NCBI GenBank assembly: GCA_977020255.1
Contig: CDROCS010000252.1
Location: forward strand, 1-64,000
Reading direction: 5' to 3'
Length of the DNA: 64,000 nucleotides
Source of the DNA: Obrimoposthia wandeli
Taxonomy: Eukaryota
A program made the translations under genes and the position numbers. This document shows positions 28,237 through 39,192 of this stretch, piece after piece (position 1 is the first letter of the stretch; each line of letters begins with the position of its first letter). The notes below the pieces were generated by a model, which was given only the letters and a program-made list of their open reading frames with translations, had not been told where the DNA came from and made no database searches.

Positions 28237-29523
28237 CTATTTAGCTTCCAAGATGGCAACAACACCCTGGCCACCAGCGGCACAGATAGAGATAAGACCA
28301 CGGCCTGATCCTTTCTCTTCTAGCATTTTAGCCAAAGATGAAACAAGACGACCACCGGTTGCTGCAAATGGGTGACCTGTAGCAATAGAAGAACCATTAA
28401 CGTTCAACTTGCTGCGATCGATAGATCCCATAGCGCCATCACGGCCTAACTTCTCTTTACAGAACTTCTCGTCTTCCCATGCTTTTAATGTTGAAGAAAC
28501 AACACCGGCAAACGCTTCATGAATTTCATAGAAGTCGAAATCTTGCAGCGTTAAACCAGCGCGATCTAACATGCTCGATACAGCATAAGCAGGTGCCATC
28601 AATAGACCTTCAGCATCTTTACCCACAAAATCAACCGCCGCTGTTTCATAGAAAGAAAGATAAGCACGTACTGGTAAGTTATTTTCTTTTGCCCATTCTT
28701 CTGATGCTAACAATACACAAGAAGCACCATCGGTTAACGCCGAAGAGTTAGCAGCAGTTAACGTACCTTTACCTGATTTCTTATCGAAGGCTGGCTTCAA
28801 CGATGCCATTTTTTCTAAGTTAGGTTCGCGTGCAAGATTATCTTTTTCTAAACCTTGGAAAGGTGTGACCAAGTCATTAAAGAAACCACGATCATAAGCG
28901 GCTAAAAGATTTTTATGGCTGTTAAAACCAATTTCATCTTGCTCTTCGCGTGTAATGCCCCACTCTTTTACCGTAATTTCAGTATGCTCACCCATCGACT
29001 TGTTCGTGCGTGGCTCACCGTTACGAGGCGTTAATGGCGCTAAATGCTTAGGACGAATCTTAGAAAGCAACTTCAAACGCTGACCCGTCGTTTTAGCACG
29101 GTTAACGTCTAATAAAATTTTACGTAGACCTTCAGAAACACCAATCGGTGCGTCAGAAGTTGTATCAGAACCACCAGCAATACCACAATCGATATGACCT
29201 AAAGCAATTTTGTTAGCTACCTGCATACACGCCTGAAGGCCAGTACCACAAGCTTGCTGAATATCAGTCGCAGGCGTCATTGGGTGCAATGCCGTGCTTA
29301 ATACACATTCACGCGCTAGGTTGAAATCACGGCTGTGCTTAATAACAGCACCGGCAACCACTTCACCGATCTTTTTACCTTGTAAATCATAGCGATTGAT
29401 TAAACCATTCAATGCGGCTGTCAGCATGTCTTGGTTAGACGCGTAAGAATAAACAGTATTTGAACGAGCGAAAGGGATACGGTTACCGCCAATGATGGCT
29501 ACTCGACGAATTTGCTGAGTCAT
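28237..29523 (-). CDS. Acetyl-CoA C-acyltransferase (thiolase, FadI/FadA2-like)
   Basis: QACGTG, HEAFA, GHPFAATG, SICAAGGQG. Confidence 0.93.
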   Translation of the reverse strand: MTQQIRRVAIIGGNRIPFARSNTVYSYASNQDMLTAALNGLINRYDLQGKKIGEVVAGAVIKHSRDFNLARECVLSTALHPMTPATDIQQACGTGLQACMQVANKIALGHIDCGIAGGSDTTSDAPIGVSEGLRKILLDVNRAKTTGQRLKLLSKIRPKHLAPLTPRNGEPRTNKSMGEHTEITVKEWGITREEQDEIGFNSHKNLLAAYDRGFFNDLVTPFQGLEKDNLAREPNLEKMASLKPAFDKKSGKGTLTAANSSALTDGASCVLLASEEWAKENNLPVRAYLSFYETAAVDFVGKDAEGLLMAPAYAVSSMLDRAGLTLQDFDFYEIHEAFAGVVSSTLKAWEDEKFCKEKLGRDGAMGSIDRSKLNVNGSSIATGHPFAATGGRLVSSLAKMLEEKGSGRGLISICAAGGQGVVAILEAK

Positions 29524-29867
29524 AAGGGTGTTCCTGTCTAATTTTTAACAAATCAAATGAATGAAATATCAATCAATGGTTAGCCTAATATATCTGGCTA
29601 GAAAATATGGTTGAGGTCTTGATGTATGAACCCCAGCACCATGAAAACAACGTTAGAGCTTGAGTCTACCTGTTAGACAGCTTCATTCATTGGCTGAAGT
29701 GACGCTTGAAGCATTCTAGCGGTCAATTAATTGTTGTAGGATAGCTGCTCTAATCCATCTACCTTGGTAGCAGTGTATCCAGCGTTTTTTGCCCGATACG
29801 ATTTAATGACTATCAAACTCACAGATTAGTGAGTACACACAAACCCTGTACAGTACATATTTAGAGA

Positions 29868-31301
29868 GTGGGAAGCGATATCATGGGAAATTTTTACGAA
29901 AGCATGCTTAATTCTGGCATGGGCCGCAAAGTTCTAACAACCGTTGGTTTACCAACTCCTATCGAACTTAATCGTTATAGCGCAAGCCAAGCGACCTTTT
30001 TTGAAGGTAATGTTTTAGTCGGCACAGCAAAAAATGGCGAATTGATTTCTGATATCGTTCGTAACTTAGGCGACTCTGACGCCAACATCTTTTTCCCATC
30101 TGCTGCAGCGACCGCGAACGAAATTGTTAAAGCGGCAGCAGATAATGATGTTAAAGCCACTCAAGTTGAGTGTGTTAAAGGCATGAAAGAAAAATTCAAC
30201 GCGGTTATCTTTGATGCTTCGGGCATTGAAGATGGCGAAGGGCTTACACAGCTATATACCTTCTTTAATCCAATCATGCGCAGCCTAACGTCTAACGCAC
30301 GGGTTATCGTGCTGGGTCGCCCGCACATGAAAGCTAAAAACGGTGAAAAAGCCGCTGCGATGCGCGCTCTTGAAGGCTTCACTCGCTCTGTTTCAAAAGA
30401 AATTGGTAAAAAGAGCTCTACTTCTCAAGTTGCTTACATTGAAGAAGGCGCTGAGCAGCAAATGGATTCGACCCTTCGCTTCCTTGTATCGGCTAAGTCT
30501 GCCTATGTTGCAGGCCAAGTAATTCATGTTCGTAAAGGCTCAGAAGTTCAATACCCAGATTGGCACAAGCCTTTGGCCGGTAAAGTAGCCTTGGTAACAG
30601 GTGCTTCACGCGGTATTGGTGAATCAATCGCACGTACTCTTTCTCGTGATGGCGCAATCGTTCTAGGATTAGACATTCCACCAGCAGAAGCTGACCTTAA
30701 TAAGGTAATGGCTGAAATCGGTGGAGAATGTCTTTTAGCGGATATATCTTCTAAAGAAGCCCCTGCTCTGATTGCTGCCAAGCTTAAAGAAATGGGCGGT
30801 GCTGATATCGTTGTTCATAACGCTGGTATTACTCGCGATAAGACACTCGCTAATATGCCTGAGCACTGGTGGAACATGACCATCGCGATCAACTTGTCAG
30901 CTGAAGAGCACATCAACAGCGAATTGTTCAAAACTGACGCAATCAATACTGGCGGCAGCATCATCTGCGTATCGTCTATGAATGGTATTGCCGGTCAAAT
31001 GGGCCAGACTAACTATGCTGCTTCTAAAGCGGGTGTAATTGGTTATGTTCAGTACATGGCTGACGAACTTGCTGAAAAGAACATCACTATTAATGCGGTA
31101 GCGCCTGGTTTCATCGAAACGGCCATGACCGATGCAATTCCTTTCATGACTCGTGAAGTTGGCCGTCGCTTAAACTCATTGTCTCAAGGTGGCAAGCCTG
31201 TGGATGTTGCAGAAACCATCGCTTTCTTTGCGAACCCAGCCTCGTCAGGTGTTACTGGTAACGTAGTGCGTGTTTGTGGTCAGTCTTTAGTAGGTGCATA
31301 A
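29868..31301 (+). CDS. High-molecular-weight 3-oxoacyl reductase (FabG4-like; likely start ATG 29883)
   Basis: N-terminal degenerate SDR domain then TGASRGIG, HNAGITRDKTL, NYAASK, APGFIET; divergent from thiolase. Confidence 0.9.
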   Translation: MGSDIMGNFYESMLNSGMGRKVLTTVGLPTPIELNRYSASQATFFEGNVLVGTAKNGELISDIVRNLGDSDANIFFPSAAATANEIVKAAADNDVKATQVECVKGMKEKFNAVIFDASGIEDGEGLTQLYTFFNPIMRSLTSNARVIVLGRPHMKAKNGEKAAAMRALEGFTRSVSKEIGKKSSTSQVAYIEEGAEQQMDSTLRFLVSAKSAYVAGQVIHVRKGSEVQYPDWHKPLAGKVALVTGASRGIGESIARTLSRDGAIVLGLDIPPAEADLNKVMAEIGGECLLADISSKEAPALIAAKLKEMGGADIVVHNAGITRDKTLANMPEHWWNMTIAINLSAEEHINSELFKTDAINTGGSIICVSSMNGIAGQMGQTNYAASKAGVIGYVQYMADELAEKNITINAVAPGFIETAMTDAIPFMTREVGRRLNSLSQGGKPVDVAETIAFFANPASSGVTGNVVRVCGQSLVGA

Positions 31302-31330
31302 GCCTAACTATTGATTAACAACGAATACCT

Positions 31331-31364
31331 GAAGCCCTGCTATGAAAATAGTAGGGCTTTTTTT
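31331..31364 (+). terminator. Intrinsic terminator
   Basis: GAAGCCCTGCTAT-GAAA-ATAGTAGGGCTTTTTTT. Confidence 0.85.
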
Positions 31365-31470
31365 ATGCCTTCTTTAAAGGCATAAAGTGCAAACCAACTA
31401 ACTTAATCTAAGCTTAAAGGAGATTTGATTATTCTTCACATAATTTGTACTTGATCTTCAAGGAACGAAC

Positions 31471-32409
31471 ATGCCGCACATCGTTTTTCTAATTCTCTCA
31501 GCTCTACTTTTCAGCAGTAATTCATCCGCAGACCCTCTAAGAATTGGTACCACATTATGGCCTGGTTATGAGCCTTTCTATCTAGCTCAAGAGATTAAAG
31601 CCTACAAAGAAGATATTCGAATTATCCATTACCCCTCTACAAGCGAGGTATTACGAGCCTTTAAAAATAAAACACTGGAAGCTGCGGCCTTAACTCTAGA
31701 TGAGATCGTATCTTTGGAAGAAGCAGGCATAGAGCTTGAAATCATATTAGTGCTGGATGTTTCAGAAGGTGCCGACGTTATTATGGCCAAACCTGAGGTG
31801 AAAAACATGCAAGGCCTGATTGGCGCTAGAGTTGCTGTAGAAAGTAGCGCGGTAGGCGCCTATACACTGAGCCGTGCTTTAGAAGTACATGGTATCGATA
31901 TTAGTAAAATCCAATTAGTTAATATAGAAAATAGCAGTCATAAACAGAGCTATGAATCAAATCTCGCAGATGCCGTAGTCACCTACGAACCTGTTAGGAC
32001 ACAATTATTGAACGCGGGTGCGATCGAGATATTCAATTCCAGCGAAATACCCGGAGAAATCATCGATGTATTAGCCGTGCATAAAGACATCATTCAAAGC
32101 CATAAAACGGAACTGTTAGACATATCTCAAGGCTGGTTCAAGGCCCTAAAATACATTAAAGATGAACCCATCAGCTCTTACAGATTTATTGCTTCTCGAA
32201 TGAAGGTCACTACAAGAGAAGCAAAAGAAAGCTATTTCGGTTTAAGCTTACCCAATTTAAAAAAGAATAAAGAGCTGTTATCGGGCACTCTCCCCCCATT
32301 AGTTAAAACCTTCAAGCGTTTAACACAACATATGAAAAACAATCATTTAATATCGCCCACGTTTTCATCAGTAACCACTGTCAACAATCAATTTTTACCT
32401 GAGGATTAA
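31471..32409 (+). CDS. Periplasmic substrate-binding protein (NMT1/TauA-like), no permease nearby
   Basis: Signal peptide; WPGYEPFYLA, DVSEGAD, VTYEP, PGEIIDVL. Confidence 0.8.
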   Translation: MPHIVFLILSALLFSSNSSADPLRIGTTLWPGYEPFYLAQEIKAYKEDIRIIHYPSTSEVLRAFKNKTLEAAALTLDEIVSLEEAGIELEIILVLDVSEGADVIMAKPEVKNMQGLIGARVAVESSAVGAYTLSRALEVHGIDISKIQLVNIENSSHKQSYESNLADAVVTYEPVRTQLLNAGAIEIFNSSEIPGEIIDVLAVHKDIIQSHKTELLDISQGWFKALKYIKDEPISSYRFIASRMKVTTREAKESYFGLSLPNLKKNKELLSGTLPPLVKTFKRLTQHMKNNHLISPTFSSVTTVNNQFLPED

Positions 32410-32418
32410 TAGACTTAT

Positions 32419-34146
32419 ATGTCACTTAGACTATTAATTCCAATTCTATTAATCGCATTCACTCTATTAATCACTCTAATAGGGTATGGCATTATTCGCT
32501 CTGATTTAACGGAAGATATTGAACTGCAAAGCTCAAATTACATGAATATTGAATTGAATAAACTGCAATCTTTATTGGAGCCGTTATTAGCAAAAAAAGA
32601 TATTCGAGCCATCAAATCTCTGCAAGCTTTTAAAGCTTCAGAGCTTGATAATAAAGCGATGCTAATTGTCAGTGAAATAGGCGAAGTGATTGCAGCAAAT
32701 AATCAACAAGAGCTGCAAAACCACTGGAAAACAAGTCCACTTAATCTTCCAGTATTAATCGTAGAAGACATCATTAGCTCTGCTAGCAGCCAAGCCTATT
32801 TCTCAGAAAGTAGAGACACCTTAAACGGTTATATCAGTCTTTGTGTTCGTGACTTATCAAAAGGATTACGCAGTACCTCCTGTGGCTTTCTTCATTACCA
32901 ACTGGATATTTCTTATCGTCAAAATCAAGCCCGAGTTTGGTTATTTAAACAAGCCATTTATATTGCCTTTGGTAGTAGTTTTGCTGCCTTGCTATTGGTC
33001 ATAGTACTTCAACTTAGAATTACTCGACGAGTAGTAAAAATTAAAAAAACACTAGATTTATGGTCAAAAGGTGATCGTAATGCACAGATTAGTCTTTCTG
33101 GAAAAGACGAACTTGTTGATATTGCAAGTATGATAAATTCATTAGTTAGGCAATTTTCTGAAGATGAAAAATCATTAATATTTAATCAACAAGTAAACGA
33201 TGCAATCATCCAAAGTTCCAATTACAGCATTATTGCAACCGATACCCAAGGTACAATAACCACCTTCAACTCTTCTGCAGAGAAACTCTTAGGCTATGAC
33301 AAAAACGAACTCATAAACAAACAAAGCCCTGCAATCCTGCACGACATACCTGAGGTAATTGCTCATAATGAGATCGTCTCAAAGGAAATGGGGATAAATA
33401 TTGAACCAGGATTTGAAACGCTGGTTGCTCAAGCACGCCACGGTAATAATGAAGAACATAATTGGACCTACATACATAAAAACGGCACTAAAATACCTGT
33501 TCGCTTATCCGTAACAGCGCTCTATGATTCTCATGGTCACATTTCCGGTTTCCTAGGTATTGCATTTGATATCACAGAGCAACTAAAAGCTGATGAGAGA
33601 TTGGAGCATCTTGCTTACATTGATCAATTAACACAACTCCCCAATAGAATGCTGTACAGCGATCGCTTAAGCCAAATAATCACGCTATCTGAAAGACAAA
33701 AGAAACAGTTTTCAATTTTCTTTTTAGATTTAGATAAGTTCAAATTTGTGAACGACAATTATGGCCATGAGGTGGGTGATAAGTTATTAATTCATGTCGC
33801 TAAAATCCTCACAAGCAATATACGAAAGTCGGATACTGTCGCTCGCTTAGGAGGCGATGAATTTACCGTTATTTTACCGGGCCTTGATAGCCATTACGAT
33901 AGAATTGCGGTTAGCCTTATCGCTGAAAAAATCATAGAAAAAATCAGTAAAGAAATAGTTATTGATGGCCATCGCATAAACATAGGTGCCAGTATCGGTA
34001 TTGCAATTTACCCTAAGGATGGTAATGAAGCGGTTACCCTCAACAAACATGCCGACATCGCGATGTATCTAGCAAAAGAACAGGGTCGCAGCCAATATCA
34101 GTTTTATAATCCTGATAAAGACACCACATTGGCCAGTTCGGACTAA
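32419..34146 (+). CDS. Membrane diguanylate cyclase (periplasmic domain-HAMP-PAS-GGDEF)
   Basis: Two TM segments, DELVDIASMIN HAMP, IIATD..G.ITTFN..AE.LLGY PAS, RKSD I-site, RLGGDEF. Confidence 0.92.
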   Translation: MSLRLLIPILLIAFTLLITLIGYGIIRSDLTEDIELQSSNYMNIELNKLQSLLEPLLAKKDIRAIKSLQAFKASELDNKAMLIVSEIGEVIAANNQQELQNHWKTSPLNLPVLIVEDIISSASSQAYFSESRDTLNGYISLCVRDLSKGLRSTSCGFLHYQLDISYRQNQARVWLFKQAIYIAFGSSFAALLLVIVLQLRITRRVVKIKKTLDLWSKGDRNAQISLSGKDELVDIASMINSLVRQFSEDEKSLIFNQQVNDAIIQSSNYSIIATDTQGTITTFNSSAEKLLGYDKNELINKQSPAILHDIPEVIAHNEIVSKEMGINIEPGFETLVAQARHGNNEEHNWTYIHKNGTKIPVRLSVTALYDSHGHISGFLGIAFDITEQLKADERLEHLAYIDQLTQLPNRMLYSDRLSQIITLSERQKKQFSIFFLDLDKFKFVNDNYGHEVGDKLLIHVAKILTSNIRKSDTVARLGGDEFTVILPGLDSHYDRIAVSLIAEKIIEKISKEIVIDGHRINIGASIGIAIYPKDGNEAVTLNKHADIAMYLAKEQGRSQYQFYNPDKDTTLASSD

Positions 34147-34238
34147 TCATTGTCCGGTTGGAACAAGTATTCCATTCTCACCTGAGTAGACTCAACGCTC
34201 TATTATTTAAATTAGTTAATCTATAACCAAGCGAGTTA

Positions 34239-36302
34239 ATGATGAGTCTAAAACTTGAGAATACTAAAATGTCGACCTTTCCAAGGCTCGCATTAATATC
34301 CGTCATCGCACTCACATCTGCCTGCGGCAATAACGATGCCTTAGTTACAGCCCCTGGCGCTGACCAGCAAGGCCATACCGCGCCAACTGCGGCGACAATA
34401 AAAGCTAATAAAAGCGTCCTTGAACAACTTCCTTTCGGCAATCAGCAAGATTTTGAAGATGCCAACCGTGGACTTATTGCTAGCCTAGATTCTCTGGTCA
34501 CTAAAAATGCCGCTGGCGAAAGCATTTGGGACATGGATGCCTACGACTTCATCGAATATAAAGGCGTCGACGGCCAAGCCCCAGACAGTGTTAATCCTAG
34601 TTTATGGCGTCAGGCTAGCCTGAACAACATTCACGGCCTGTTTAAGGTCAGCGAAGGTATTTATCAATTGCGTGGTTTCGATCTTGCTAATATGACGCTG
34701 ATTGAAGGTGACAAAGGCTGGATCGTTGTTGATCCGTTAACTGCAAAAGAAACCTCTAAAGCGGCTTTCGCTTTCGCTCAAAAACATCTTGGCACAAAGC
34801 CCATCACGGCTATCTTGTTTACCCATAGCCACCTAGATCATTTTGGTGGCGCTTTAGGCTTAGTTACCTCAGAACAAGTAAAGCAGCAAGGCATACGAAT
34901 TATTGCTCCCGAAGGCTTTATGGAAGAAGCAACCAGTGAAAATATCATTGCTGGTACTGCCATGAGTCGCCGTGCCATGTTGATGTATGGTAAACGACTA
35001 GCGCGTACCGAACGTGGACATGTAGGAACAGGCCTAGGCAAAGGGCCAGCATTTGGCTCATTCAGTATTTTAGAGCCGACTGAGCTGGTGAATTCGACAA
35101 CGTCAGAAGTCGAAGTGGATGGTATTCGCTTTGAATTTCAATATACCCCTGGTTCTGAAGCCCCAGCCGAATTCACCTTTTACTTGCCCGATCATAAAGC
35201 CTTTTGCGGTGCGGAAGTTGTCTCTCGCAATATGCACAACCTCTATACGTTACGCGGGGCTAAAGTACGTGATGCATTGAAGTGGAGCAGCTACATTGAT
35301 GAGGCTCGCATACAATTCTCCAGCGCAGAGTCTTATTTTGGTAGCCATCACTGGCCAATGTGGGGACAAGAGAACATTCAGAATTTCTTGAAGCTGCAGC
35401 GCGATGGTTATAAATACATACACGATCAAAGCGTGCGCTTATTTAATGGCGGCGCGACGCCCAATGAAGTAGCTGAGCAAATTACCTTACCTGAAACCTT
35501 AAGCACTTCATTTCCGAACCGAGGTTATTACGGCACGCTTAAACATAATGCCAAAGCCGTTTACCAAAACTACTTAGGCTGGTACGACGCTAATCCCGCT
35601 AACCTTGATCCATTACCACCACAGAATAGTGCCCAACGTTATATCAAGTTAATGGGCGGCATTGAGCAAGTCGTTGTACAAGCGCAAATCGCATTTGATC
35701 AGGCAGAGGAAGATGCCGGTGCCTATCGCTGGGTTGCTGAGTTATTGAATAAAGCGGTCTTTGCCGACCCTGACCATAAAGCCGCCAAAGCCTTATTGGC
35801 AAAAACCTACGATCAACTTGGCTATCAATCTGAATCAGCGCCTTGGCGTGATGTGTATTTAAGTGCTGCGTATGAGCTGCGCCACGGTGGACCCGAGAAA
35901 GGCATCGACATTGCGTTAATGCGTGAAATCCTACTAGAAACTCCGGTAGACCGCTTCTTTGATACCTTATCGATTCGTTTAAACGGTCCAAAAGCAGAAG
36001 GCAAAGATTATGCAATTAAGATCAACCTCACCGATAAAGACCTTAGCTATGTGCTGAATTTAGAAAACTCCGTACTGTATCACCAGAGTGCCGAGTCTTG
36101 GCAGAACAAAACGGCTGGCCCCATTAACGCCACCTTAAATGTTAAGCACGAACTCTTTATCGATATGCTCATCGGTCGCGCAGGATTGAAGAAGACCCTA
36201 TTCTCTGACGATCTAACCATTGATGGCAGCAAGCTTGATCTACTGGGCTTCTTAAGCTTATTTGATCGCCCAATGGGAGATTTCAATATCGTTGTCCCAT
36301 AG
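34239..36302 (+). CDS. Alkyl/aryl sulfatase (SdsA1/BDS1-like), probable lipoprotein
   Basis: DFEDANRGLIA, SLWRQA, THSHLDHFGG, HNLYTLRGAKVRD, GYYG; C-terminal SCP2-like domain; LTSAC lipobox-like. Confidence 0.92.
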   Translation: MMSLKLENTKMSTFPRLALISVIALTSACGNNDALVTAPGADQQGHTAPTAATIKANKSVLEQLPFGNQQDFEDANRGLIASLDSLVTKNAAGESIWDMDAYDFIEYKGVDGQAPDSVNPSLWRQASLNNIHGLFKVSEGIYQLRGFDLANMTLIEGDKGWIVVDPLTAKETSKAAFAFAQKHLGTKPITAILFTHSHLDHFGGALGLVTSEQVKQQGIRIIAPEGFMEEATSENIIAGTAMSRRAMLMYGKRLARTERGHVGTGLGKGPAFGSFSILEPTELVNSTTSEVEVDGIRFEFQYTPGSEAPAEFTFYLPDHKAFCGAEVVSRNMHNLYTLRGAKVRDALKWSSYIDEARIQFSSAESYFGSHHWPMWGQENIQNFLKLQRDGYKYIHDQSVRLFNGGATPNEVAEQITLPETLSTSFPNRGYYGTLKHNAKAVYQNYLGWYDANPANLDPLPPQNSAQRYIKLMGGIEQVVVQAQIAFDQAEEDAGAYRWVAELLNKAVFADPDHKAAKALLAKTYDQLGYQSESAPWRDVYLSAAYELRHGGPEKGIDIALMREILLETPVDRFFDTLSIRLNGPKAEGKDYAIKINLTDKDLSYVLNLENSVLYHQSAESWQNKTAGPINATLNVKHELFIDMLIGRAGLKKTLFSDDLTIDGSKLDLLGFLSLFDRPMGDFNIVVP

Positions 36303-36340
36303 GGGCGCTTGAAGCACTAGCCGTTAAGGCATGAATACAT

Positions 36341-36393
36341 GAGGCTTAAACAGGTGATTTCTGCACACTCTCACTTATTTAAGCCTCTTTTTT
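36341..36393 (+). terminator. Long hairpin terminator after sulfatase
   Basis: GAGGCTTAAA...TTTAAGCCTCTTTTTT. Confidence 0.65.
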
Positions 36394-36461
36394 GCTAGCC
36401 TCTTTGTTGTTAGAATAGGGTTTTAGATATACTGAGACTGCTTCTTTAGCAAAATAGCATT

Positions 36462-37283
36462 ATGGCCAAAACTAAGCGTGACATCCCAAATTTTCAGCTG
36501 CCGATTATTGAAACTCACTTTCACCTCGATTATTTGAAAGAAGGCAGTACTGAAGAGATTTTAGATAAAGCCCGCGCCATCGGTGTGGAACGCTTTATGA
36601 CCATTGCCGTCTCCCCCGATAATCTAGAAAAAGTCATTGCGCTGACAGAGAACCATGACGATGTTTATGGAACCTTAGGCATCCACCCTCACGATGCTGA
36701 ATTGTATACCGATGAAACTGAAGCCTTTATTCGCCAACATCTAGCTCCCGAAAATCGTAGCCCTAAGCTAAGAGCCGTGGGTGAGATCGGCTTAGATTAT
36801 TTCTACGATAACGCCGATCGTAAAATTCAACGCGATGTATTTGAACGCCAATTACAAATCGCAGTAGATTATGCATTGCCAGTCGTGATTCATACCCGCG
36901 AAGCCGATGAAGATACCCAAGCTATTTTAAGCAACTTTTCGCCTCTAATGAGTGCTAACAAAGGGGTTATCCACAGTTTCACTTCCGGCATTGATCTAGC
37001 ACGCTACTGCGTTGGCCAAGGCTTTAATTTAGGCATCAATGGCATAGTGACGTTCGGTAAAGCGGACAACGTGCGTGAAGTTGTTGCGGATATCCCGCTC
37101 GAAAAGTTGTTATTAGAAACGGACTCCCCTTTCTTAACGCCGATGCCTTATCGCGGTAAAGAAAACGCACCGTGCTATTTGCCGTTTATTGCAGAGAAAA
37201 TTGCAGAAGTGAAAGGATTGAGTGCCGAAGCCGTTTTAGAGCAGTGTTATAAAAACTCACTCGCGACCTTCTTTAAAGACTAA
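36462..37283 (+). CDS. TatD family deoxyribonuclease (YcfH-like)
   Basis: ETHFHLD, GIHPHDA, AVGEIGLD, IHTREA, HSF, LLETDSPFL. Confidence 0.93.
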   Translation: MAKTKRDIPNFQLPIIETHFHLDYLKEGSTEEILDKARAIGVERFMTIAVSPDNLEKVIALTENHDDVYGTLGIHPHDAELYTDETEAFIRQHLAPENRSPKLRAVGEIGLDYFYDNADRKIQRDVFERQLQIAVDYALPVVIHTREADEDTQAILSNFSPLMSANKGVIHSFTSGIDLARYCVGQGFNLGINGIVTFGKADNVREVVADIPLEKLLLETDSPFLTPMPYRGKENAPCYLPFIAEKIAEVKGLSAEAVLEQCYKNSLATFFKD

Positions 37284-37287
37284 GTTT

Positions 37288-39192
37288 TTAACGACTAACC
37301 TTCTTAATGTTCGGAAACTGTAAGCCCAAGACCACAGGATCGTGGTCAGATGAGCGATACATATCAGGTTGGCCATAGGTATCTATTGAAGGATACTGGT
37401 GGCCATTATCCTCCTTGTTATAATCCAACAAAACATCTTCTATCGAATTAATATGCCAGCTGTCTACGCTTTTAATAAAAGGCAAAAACTCAGGGTTTGC
37501 TAAAGCATGATCTAAATTCCCCAACAATCCTTGAAAGCTATAAGAAAAGTTCGGTAATATCGAATCGTAATGGTATTTTAGATTTATAAAGCCAGCATCG
37601 TACAAGGCTAATAAAGGCTCTTCTTGGCTGTAACTATTAAGATCACCCAAAATTAATGTCGGTAACGGTTCTTTTGTAACGAAATCGATCAGTCCCAGCG
37701 CTGCACGATATCGGGTCTTATTACAGTTCCCTTGCAAGTCATCAACCTCAATTTCATCGCAAGGCCGACCTTTTGACTTAAAGTGATTCACCGCAACGAT
37801 AAAGGCTTTATCCTTAAAGGAGAACTGCTGAATTAAACTCGGGCGATTACGCTTATCATCAAACAAAGCCCTTGATGCCGTTCGGGAGTCGAGTACTCTC
37901 GCCACGCCTTGCAAAAGGACCTTTTTAGGTCGATATAAAAACCCAACTGAAATAACATCATGACCTAATTTACCGTTAGTCAATTCACTCAGAGCAGGCT
38001 TAACATACCGATATTGATGTTCATGACTGAATTTTTTATTCAAAGCTTGGGTTAAATATTTAATCGCAGAGTTTTCACCATAGCCATTATTCTCAACTTC
38101 CATTAGAGCAATAATATCAGCATTCATTGCAGCCAATGCAGAGACTGTTTTTTCTGTTTGCAATAAGAATCCGGAATGACTTCTCGCCCCTCGAAGAGTT
38201 GGAAAACGCTTACCTTTTTGAGCCCTCTGCCCTTCAACCCCCCCGTTAAAATAATTGCCCAAGTTCATGCTCGCAATAATTAGGTTCGAATCGTTTGAAA
38301 TATTTGGAGTTTTAGTTCTAGGCGAAGAAGGCTCTATTGAAATTTCAGAAATATCTTCTGGAATAATAATGTAGTGATTGTTATAGGCATGCAGGATGCC
38401 GACGATATTATTAATACGATCACTGACTCTTATTGGATTATCAGCAGAAAACCCAAACGGTATTGGATTAGGAAAGGCTTTTGAACTACCATCATCAATC
38501 AGTAGGAAGTCCCTTTCTTTTGGTGCTCTATTACTGAATTCCCCCTGCCTAAGCTGAACTGCGGTATTTAACTCAGTAGGTTGAATGTGCATTTTTGATG
38601 ACACAGCAAACTGACCATAATTCCCTAAACCATAGCCTGCACCGTATAAATCACTCACGACCAGTGTTTGCGAGAGGCTCACTCGCATGCCTTCCTTTGC
38701 TTCCAAATCAATCAAAGCGCTCACCGGTAGAAACAGTGGCTCCGCTTTTCGTAGTTTGCTGCCTTCACTGCATATTTTGATAGATTTTACTTTTTTTACT
38801 TCTGTGAGCCCGTTATATTCAGTCACTTGAGCGAATAGACGAATAACGTGTCCCACTTTTACGGGCTTGCTACCGTGATAAACAAAGATACCCTGAGACG
38901 CGTTTTTATGGGTTTTGGATGCACCCGCTTGCTGCAACCAAAAACCACGATATTGATCACGTCCCTGTAAAGACAAGGTCACAACCCCCTCAATAATCAC
39001 CCACTGCTTTACTAACGGTGAAGTAAAACCTGCCCCTTGAACATCGCTAATTGGGTAATAATTTTTATGCTGATAATCACCACAACGGCCTAACTCATAT
39101 TGATTAGCACCCAAAGCATGGGTACTAAAAATAGTAGAAGACATTACGCTGAGAAGGGAGAGGAGTAAGGAAAATAAAGTACTTAGCTTCAT
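37288..39192 (-). CDS. ExeM/NucH family extracellular endonuclease
   Basis: Signal peptide; ISDVQG, GFWLQ, SQGIFVY, ASMNLGNYFN, ALMEVEN, VNHFKSKG, LGDLNSY, LDHAL, RSSDHDPV. Confidence 0.9.
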   Translation of the reverse strand: MKLSTLFSLLLSLLSVMSSTIFSTHALGANQYELGRCGDYQHKNYYPISDVQGAGFTSPLVKQWVIIEGVVTLSLQGRDQYRGFWLQQAGASKTHKNASQGIFVYHGSKPVKVGHVIRLFAQVTEYNGLTEVKKVKSIKICSEGSKLRKAEPLFLPVSALIDLEAKEGMRVSLSQTLVVSDLYGAGYGLGNYGQFAVSSKMHIQPTELNTAVQLRQGEFSNRAPKERDFLLIDDGSSKAFPNPIPFGFSADNPIRVSDRINNIVGILHAYNNHYIIIPEDISEISIEPSSPRTKTPNISNDSNLIIASMNLGNYFNGGVEGQRAQKGKRFPTLRGARSHSGFLLQTEKTVSALAAMNADIIALMEVENNGYGENSAIKYLTQALNKKFSHEHQYRYVKPALSELTNGKLGHDVISVGFLYRPKKVLLQGVARVLDSRTASRALFDDKRNRPSLIQQFSFKDKAFIVAVNHFKSKGRPCDEIEVDDLQGNCNKTRYRAALGLIDFVTKEPLPTLILGDLNSYSQEEPLLALYDAGFINLKYHYDSILPNFSYSFQGLLGNLDHALANPEFLPFIKSVDSWHINSIEDVLLDYNKEDNGHQYPSIDTYGQPDMYRSSDHDPVVLGLQFPNIKKVSR

